Positions 56,101 through 64,000 of a stretch of 64,000 nucleotides of DNA are shown piece by piece; position 1 is the stretch's first letter, and the number at the start of each line of letters is the position of its first letter. Position numbers and translations under genes: made by a program. The notes beneath the pieces are model-generated. The model made no database searches. It was given only the letters and a program-made list of their open reading frames with translations, and was not told the DNA's origin. The stretch is from Psammoneis japonica. Taxonomy: Eukaryota. Where the stretch lies: positions 1 to 64,000 of the forward strand of contig QPGO01000126.1 in NCBI GenBank assembly GCA_008632985.1, in the 5' to 3' direction.

Positions 56101-56926
56101 CGCAGCCCACGACGAGGAATTCTTCGACCTGTCCCACATCCTGGATGTGGATGCTCTGGAGCAAGATTGAGGAGCTCTGAAAACTCGTCGTCCTCCACAG
56201 ATATAGTCGGAAAGCCCATTTGGGGGAGCATTGGATCTTGTTGTTTGGGAAACAATTCCCAGATGAAGAGCCAGTCTTCAAAGCCCAATGGACATAGCTC
56301 TTCAGGCATTGTAGGCGATGGAGTTGGAGCTAGCGTAGGTGCCACTGTTGGTGATGGAGTTGGACTTGGCGTAGATTGGAGAGTCGGAGCTGGCGTCGTA
56401 AGCATTGGAGTAGGTGACGGCGTTGACGCAGGCGTGGGTGATGATGAAGGAGACGGCGTAGGTGATAGAGTTGGACTAGGCGTGGGTGCGACAGTCGGTG
56501 ACGGCGTGGGGTCTGGTGTAGGCATCGGAGTGGGTAATGGCGTAGGCTTTGGCGTTGGTGATGGAGGTGGTGCATCCGTAGACTTTTTCCCTTTTGATGC
56601 ACCTTTACTCTTCTTCTTTCCTTCACCACCTTTCCCCTCTTTTTTTCCCTTATTACTATCTCCTTTGCTTTTTCCGTTCTCTCCCTTTCCCTTTTTCAGA
56701 TTGTCCTTTGCTTCATTATTATCAAAACTATTCCACGATTGACTAAAAACAGAGCGCGACGCTCTTCGTCTGTTGACACTAGGGCCCTACGCTTGTATTT
56801 TCGAAACTGCCCGGCAGACACTGTATGCTCGTTCTGAGTGTCGATTATTGCCCTGATCCTACCAAACTCCGTCAAAAACAGCGCAAGTTGAAACAGAGCA
56901 ACGATATTGGGTACATCAACGATCAT
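53196..56926 (-). CDS. Secreted RHS/YD-repeat protein; N-terminal part joined by a frameshift or intron near 56745
   Basis: Hydrophobic N-terminus, Lys/Gly-rich and Pro/Thr linkers, YNS..GPFGLGWSFSY (DUF6531-like), many YDxxG repeats, core LYFRQRYQDPSVGRFIS..YVYALDNPVN. Confidence 0.88.
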
Positions 56927-59900
56927 GTTTGGGCACACGTTCAGATAGGAGATGGAGGGTGATGATAATGTGTTTGATATTAGGGCCCTACCGGTACGGT
57001 CTATGCTGTCATACCGTAGTCATGTTTCGTTGCGGCGTGTAGCGTACGCACCTACCTCTCAAAATTTAACGGCTAAATCGTACTTGTACACATCTGTGAT
57101 ACTCACAGTCTATGAACCTAATCGGTAACGAATGTGTATAATGAAAAAGATGCTTTAATATTTTATATGCACGATTTAGTTGTCAATTTAAATTTCAAAA
57201 AATATCGGCACAGTGACAGAAGAGAAAATCATCACCCACTCTCACCTGCCTCAAGGAACCCGACTGCCAAGCAGCAAGCAGGGTCAGGAGGGAGCTTGGC
57301 TCGAGACATGGCATGGCCTTCGGCAGATCATCTCCCTCGGCCCTCATCCACCCTCACACTCCTGTTGAAATGATTGAAAACATTCTCAATCTGGTTGATC
57401 ACACGTGAATGACTCATTTGTGCTGAAGTTTGTCCACAGCACAAAGATCATTGTGCGACACATGTTGCTCCTCAACAAAATTGTGAAAGTCAGCACGCGA
57501 TCTCCTCCAAAGGTTTGTCACCAAAAGCTTTGCCAGTGCACAAAATCAGTCATCAATCAAAGGATTTGAGTGTCGAACACAAGAGAGGAGAGAGAAGACA
57601 CTGTGTGGAGTTTTGATGAGTTTTTGCAAAAGACAGCTCACAGCACACAGCACATTCACAATGTGAAAACAAAATGAACAGCCGACACCCAGCACAAAAC
57701 CTTGACATCTCTCTGCCATGCACAATGACCACAACACAGTGATGAGGAGATCAACATGACTTGCAACTTGTTGAATTGTGTCATGGAACAAAGCTTGTTG
57801 GCTCCTGGCTCAGGCTGCATGGGGGGCTGCTCAAGACTTCTCGACTCAAAAATGCACCGTCTCTGGTGGAGAACCTTGCCATGGCTAAAATCATGAATGA
57901 TGTCCCTCAACAAGATCAAGCACAGTCACCAAAAGAACCACAGGAAGAACTGAAGTGCGTCAAAAAGCACTTTGCGATTTGCCAAATGCTGCTCAATTCC
58001 TGTGTTGGAATGTTGGAATGCCTTCCCAAGAAGGACAAGGCAATGCAACAGCTCCAATTTGCATTCTCAGAACCCAAGTGTGTGTGACATTGTTGGGTTG
58101 ATTGGCATCTTGTTCCTTTTTACACTTTGCAGAAAAGGCGCGGATTGCGTGACAAGTCTTGCTGGCCACACAGCATTTGCATGATTGCAGCGGTGTGGTG
58201 TGTGGTTTCTTAACCACGGAAAACATTGGGCTGACAAGTTGGAGATGTGTGGGGTGTTCTGTCAGACATTGCTGCACACAAGCACATTGCAGCCCCACCC
58301 AATGACAATCCATCCCTCTGTCTCTGTCATTTTCAAGAAGAGCTCCAACACCACTCCAAGGAAACCTCCACATCGCCATGGCCGGGCTGAAAAACACTGT
58401 TGTCTCACCCCCCAGAACAATTCCATGCACACCCTCTTGCCCCTTCTTGCCACTGTGTGTCCACCCAAACTCACAACAGCACCCAACATGCACGATGAAA
58501 ACCTTTTTGAGTGGAGAATGAGCCATCAATTTGGGCAATTTGGTGGCCTGATGGAGATCCACAAACAGGGCACCTTGACAGCCAGATTCTTCTTGAGAGT
58601 CCACGCTTGGAGATTGCATTTGCTGTGGCTGCTCTTGTCATTGTCTTGCAACTCCTTGCTGGGTGCCTTGCCAGTTTTGCACTTCTTTCAGTTGTTGGTG
58701 GTGCCTTGTGACCTTGTGAGATCCATCGTCCTTGTCAGAATCCATCCTGACACTTTCTCCATGAATTGCTTGACATGTCACTTTGTGTCACATTTGGACA
58801 CACCACAGGTTCAATGGAGGGAGAAAACATGATGACACATGGGTGGCAGGCAATGACAGAAACAGCAAGGAGAGAAAAAAAGCAGAGTGGCACATTGCAG
58901 TTGCAATTTTCAGTGCAAATTAGATGCACATTTCTGCAAGGCCAAACTCAGCAAAAAATGTTGAAACCTCTCTTCTCGCGTGAAGTTGCATGATCCATGT
59001 CTTGTGATGCATGAATGGAGAACCTTGACAATGCTGGCAATGATGACTCCCTCAACAATGACACAGATGCTGCCAACATGATGTTGCAGCATGACATTGA
59101 TCACTGCACTGCCCTTGCTTCATGGGTTCAACCCCACTGTCCCGAGCTCCTTTTGAGAACGGAAGTTTCCAAGAGTGGAGCCCATGGGCACCATGTGTCC
59201 AGAGTGCACTTTCTGCAATGCATTGTCCCCACTGGAAGATGCTGCCACCTGAGACTTCCCTGAGGCAGTCCCAGCTCATCTGCATGCCAAGCACAAAGAC
59301 ACAGACCTCTGATTTTTCCCACAAGACTTTCTCTCCTGGGCTGGCCTCCACTCCTGTCACATGTGCAATTTCACTCAGCACCTCTGCCTGCACCCAGGGG
59401 ACCTGCGCAATCAGCTCATCTGCCACAACAACCCAGACCACATTGAAACCAACTCGGCTCTCATTGCCACACACCTGCCCCTCCATGGCACCACCTGGCC
59501 ATCAGCCCCCCAATGGCTTGCCATGCTCACAAAGTGACACCTCTGCCTTTCCCTTCCTCCATCTGCTGCAAACTTTCCCTGCCTCTGTGCATTGCACACT
59601 GTTCATCACCTTGCACCATGTCCTCTCACCTGGACACCTGGGTCATGATCATGTCCACTGAACAACCTCTGCACCATGACCCAGACAAGCCCACTCCACC
59701 CTGCAAACACACATCCACCCCTTGAACTGCCGCTCCTTTTTGAAGCACTTGTCCTTAATCCACCCTGCTGCTCCACTGCCACCAACCCCAAGAAGTGCCC
59801 ATCTGCTTCTTCTGTTGCCTCCACCCACCCCAAACCATTCCAACAAGGCCGTGTCTTCAAACTCTGTGGTGCCATGCACACCATCACCTCCCACCATGCT

Positions 59901-61826
59901 GCCGCCACCCATGCACCCAACTTTTCTTCATCAAGAACCTGCTGTCACACAGCCCAGCTGTCCACTGATTCCAACTGCTTTGGCGCTGCTTGCAACCAAG
60001 CAACTTCCAGCCAACCTCTCCATTGCTGCCATTGACGACACTCAACTCCCTCTCATTCATGCATTCTGCCCACCCTGCACCCAGCAGCCACCACAAGAAG
60101 CCCCTGCTCCTCACACATGACACTCTCCTCCCCACCGTTCCCACCCCACATCTCTGATGATGCGCTCTTGGCAGCTCTCAGCAAGTGCAAACCTGGCACT
60201 GCTGCTGCTGCCAGCCCACACACTGACTCTGCTGACATCCTCAAAGCATGCACCCCATTTAAAACCACCACCCCAGCCAAGACACAGCCACCTTTGCCCA
60301 CACCTCTCCAGCTTCAAGCACTTCTCCTGTGCAAACTGACTCCTTCCAACACCCACCTTGAACAAAAAGCCTCTGCATTCTGCACCAACCTTGACCAACT
60401 TTTGTCCCTCCTCTGAGACACCCAGACTAAAAGCTCCCTCTGCTGCACCTGCACACCACTTTCTCACTCTCACACCTCCTTGTCTCAGATGTGTGCTTCA
60501 AATTTGACCCAGACAACCCACCGCTCCTTGCTTCCTGGACTTCACCTTTCTAACAGGATGTGTCCAGCACTGCTGCTGTGCCTCCTTGCAGCATCTCACA
60601 GCCCAATCACAGCCCTTCTTGCTGCCCTGTGCACTGCTCCTTGCCTGCCATCTCCCTGCACCTGCTGGCGGGGCAGGCCACTGCTCCATCTCCACCTCCA
60701 CCATCCGCTTCCTCATCTCCCAATTTGCCCACTCCCTGTGACACACCATGCACAGCCCCGTTGGTGGCAAAGACCACTCTCCCATGAGCTCCCTTGCTTT
60801 TGCGCCTGCTCACTCTGCACACAGGCCACTTCCTCCCATCACTCCTCCTTGCACCTCCATCAAGCATTCCAACTCTGTGGCTGGCACCACCACCACCCCA
60901 ATTCTCAACCCTGCTCCAACCTCTCTCACAACCCCTGTCAAAAACTTCCCGCTGCACAGCCTCTCCCATGCCCTGCACCATGCCCACTTTCAATGCCAGC
61001 TGCAAATGCTGCAACAGCAAGACCTTGCACACACCACCCTTTTGCACTCTCCTCCCTCCTTTCCCCACTCATGAGCACCCCTCTTCTCCCTTGACTCCAT
61101 CTGTTGCCCTTCTTGCAATGATGCTGCTGACCCCTGCAGCACAAAACCACCCCATCCAATGCCACACATGATGGCCTCTTTGCTGCACTCCAAACACTGG
61201 CTCCACTCTCTTGTGTCTGTGTGAACTCCTTCACACAGTCCACCATGAATCCACCAACCTCATGCCTCTCTTCTTGCCCCTCAAGCACCATGCTGAAGTG
61301 GGCATCTATCCAGCTTGACCCAGTCACCTCTGTTGCTTGCCTCCCCTCTGCGACATTGCTGCCTTGCAATCAACATTGCCATCACCAAACCTCCTCCACT
61401 TCCTGCTCCTGGCTTCTTGCCTGCCCCCACTCTCAACCCTTTTGCCAAGGTGCACCACATGAGCACCAAGCAGAAATTCAATGGAGCACATGAAACCCAA
61501 ACATGAAGCAACCCTCACATCTGCCCTGAGCAGTGCTGGCATCTGCCTCATGATGATCACCCTCACCACCACTTGATCACTTGGGAGCTCCTGGCCATTT
61601 TGCTTGCTGCCATCTCCTTTTTGGAGCTGATCAAGACCACCCCATTCCTGCTCCACCTGCCCCTTCTTGGACCACTGAATCCTCCTTCCAACATCCAGCT
61701 TCCCATGCTGCACATGCCTGTGCCCAACTGTCACCCTCTGTTGTCCTCCCCACTGCCACTTGGCAAAACACCTCTGCCATGAGCTTCAGCCTGATCCACC
61801 ACACCTCTGCTCTGCCACAATGGGGC

Positions 61827-62049
61827 NNNNNNNNNNNNNNNNNNNNNNNNNNNNNNNNNNNNNNNNNNNNNNNNNNNNNNNNNNNNNNNNNNNNNNNNNN
61901 NNNNNNNNNNNNNNNNNNNNNNNNNNNNNNNNNNNNNNNNNNNNNNNNNNNNNNNNNNNNNNNNNNNNNNNNNNNNNNNNNNNNNNNNNNNNNNNNNNNN
62001 NNNNNNNNNNNNNNNNNNNNNNNNNNNNNNNNNNNNNNNNNNNNNNNNN
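61827..62049. other. Assembly gap (N run)
   Basis: Direct reading. Confidence 1.
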
Positions 62050-62072
62050 CACACACACACACACACACACAC
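62050..62072. repeat. (CA)n microsatellite abutting the gap
   Basis: Direct reading. Confidence 0.9.
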
Positions 62073-64000
62073 TGTCACCCTCCCCTGATGAGCAATGCAA
62101 AGCTCATCAAGAAAAAAAGAGCACCTCCAAAAGAAAAGAGAGGGCCAGAATGGCAGAACAAAGAAAAGGACCAAAGAAATGGCCAAGACTTGGCCATTGA
62201 ACATGACAACAATCAACAACAATGTCCTGTCATCAGTCTTCAACAAAAAACATCAAAGGCACACAAATCTTTTGGACAAATTGAGTTCTGCATCAAAGAA
62301 TCATTTCATCAATCCACAAATCATTGACTGCAATGGGACATTCTGGCAAGTCATGCTGTCACCAAAACTCATCCCAAGAGATGGGGCCAAAAAATGGAAT
62401 CCACCACAACGGATGATGCACGATGCACTGAAAATCAAGCAACAGGCAGCAATCTGCACCTGACAAACTAGTGCTTCTGCTGCCAGTTGTGTCACCTCTG
62501 AGAAACACATTGGATGACCAAAATGCATTGTAAAGTTGTGCTCAATGTTGGAAGAACAGTGATGTGTTGCAGGTGAGCATCACACGGTGTTCAAATCATG
62601 GTCATCAAGTGAGATTTCTTGATTGAGGAAGGTTGAATTCTCAACAGCCTCATGTGCTCCTCCTGGCCCTGAGCTGTGGGAATCCTTCCCCTGATCAAAA
62701 TGTGTGGGGTCATTGTTGGGGATGGTTGACAGGTCGTCACGAGCACCAGGAACAACGCTGCTCGACACCACAACAATGGTCTTGACAGCAAAGGAAAGAG
62801 GTGGTGTGGTGGGAGACAACAAGACTTGGGGGGCCTCTTTCAGGGTTGCCCCACTTCCAAGCTAACTGGACAAACAGAGTGCAACACTTGGAGTGCCTCA
62901 TTGTTGGAAGAAGGTTGACATTTGGTTGGCAGATTTTCAGTGACAAGCAAATCTTGGTCACCAAACAATTCACCACTGGAAGAGTTGGAATGTTTGTCAA
63001 TCTTGTGCACTTCCACTGCACCATGTTGCTCCCTCCCCTGATCAGAAAATGAAGGATCATTGTCAGCAATGATGGATGGGTCCAGAGTGCCATGAAAAGT
63101 GCAGTTGGACGTGTGACAACAGCCCTGACTGTGGAGGAAAGAGACTGGGTGGCAGAAGGCAGCAAGACTCCATGGCCCTCTTTCACATGCTGACTGCCCT
63201 GCTGCTGTTGGTCTTGTTCAAACAAGAGAAGGAGCAGCAGCATTGCACATCCAAAATCAATGATGGCCAAACCAAAAATCCAAATTTGAATCAAGTTGAC
63301 AACCAACAAAGCACCGGTGGTGTCCATGAGTGACATGTGGTGGCAGCGCACAGGTGGCAAGCAAGTTAGGTGCAACCTTGATGACAGAGGACAGTCCATG
63401 ACTGGGGTGAACATGGCCATCTTTGCGCGGAACAACAGAATGACCAGAAACAAAAAACTTTGCTGGGGTCTTGAGTGGGCAGGCATGGACTTCAGCAGGA
63501 AGTGCCGCTAATTTGGCAGGAAGTTTGAGGGGTCCAGCATCAACAACTGCAGGTGGCTCCCTCTCAGATGCCGTGACAGACACAGTGGACTTGCTGTGCA
63601 GTGAAACATCATCCACAGGATCCACCCCAGCATCGACAGCAAGTGCATCTTGAAAATGAGAATTTTCATTCTTCCCAGCAGTCTTGGCAGCAGGAGCCAC
63701 ATCTTGAACCTCCACAGATGCAACAGACACGACAGAGCCTCCAAGAGGAAGAATGCTCTTCAGCGCTTTGGCCACAGCTTGCTCGTGCTCTTTTGGACCA
63801 GGCAAATGAGTGGCTGAGGCCTTGGCAAGATCTTCGGGGGTGTGAAACCTGCAGCAAAAGCTGGAGATGAAAAACTTGGGGCAGAAGAGGATTTTGGGAG
63901 AGGATTTTGGGTGTGGAGCATCAGAGATGTCATCCCAACATTTGTGCGAATCAAAGTCATGACAAAAACAGAGACAGAGTGTTTCAACATGTGCCGCTGT

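Larger units (their letters stand above)
57210..64000. other. TpA- and CpG-depleted degenerate transposon domain; possible MULE/SWIM relic around 57.7-58.4 kb
   Basis: Near absence of TA over several kb; CGVFC-RHIAA-like motif near 58250; otherwise unclassifiable. Confidence 0.55.

Overview
Eukaryotic nuclear DNA, most likely from a diatom. This is inferred from diatom-type LRR and HA-domain genes, short GT-AG introns, an Ambal-like non-LTR retrotransposon and a Crypton. The window alternates between two compositional states. Ordinary gene-rich DNA occupies about 1-5.45 kb, 27.4-46.3 kb and 52.9-57.2 kb. It holds an LRR gene, two convergent multi-domain enzyme fusions of bacterial character, EF-hand, HIRAN, HA and YqgF genes, an M64-like peptidase and a secreted RHS/YD protein. 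Transposon-rich domains occupy about 5.45-27 kb, 46.3-47.8 kb, 48.5-52.9 kb and 57.2-64 kb, and in them the dinucleotide TpA has been almost erased by TA->TG/CA transitions. A duplicated LRR locus, with one normal and one mutated copy, and conserved transposon motifs (Y->C/H, L->P/S, V->A, I->M) give the direction of change. The pattern suggests a domain-restricted A:T->G:C hypermutation process. It resembles fungal RIP in targeting repeat-rich DNA but has the opposite polarity, and it is the main candidate for an undescribed system. All calls are by eye from motifs; no searches were run.
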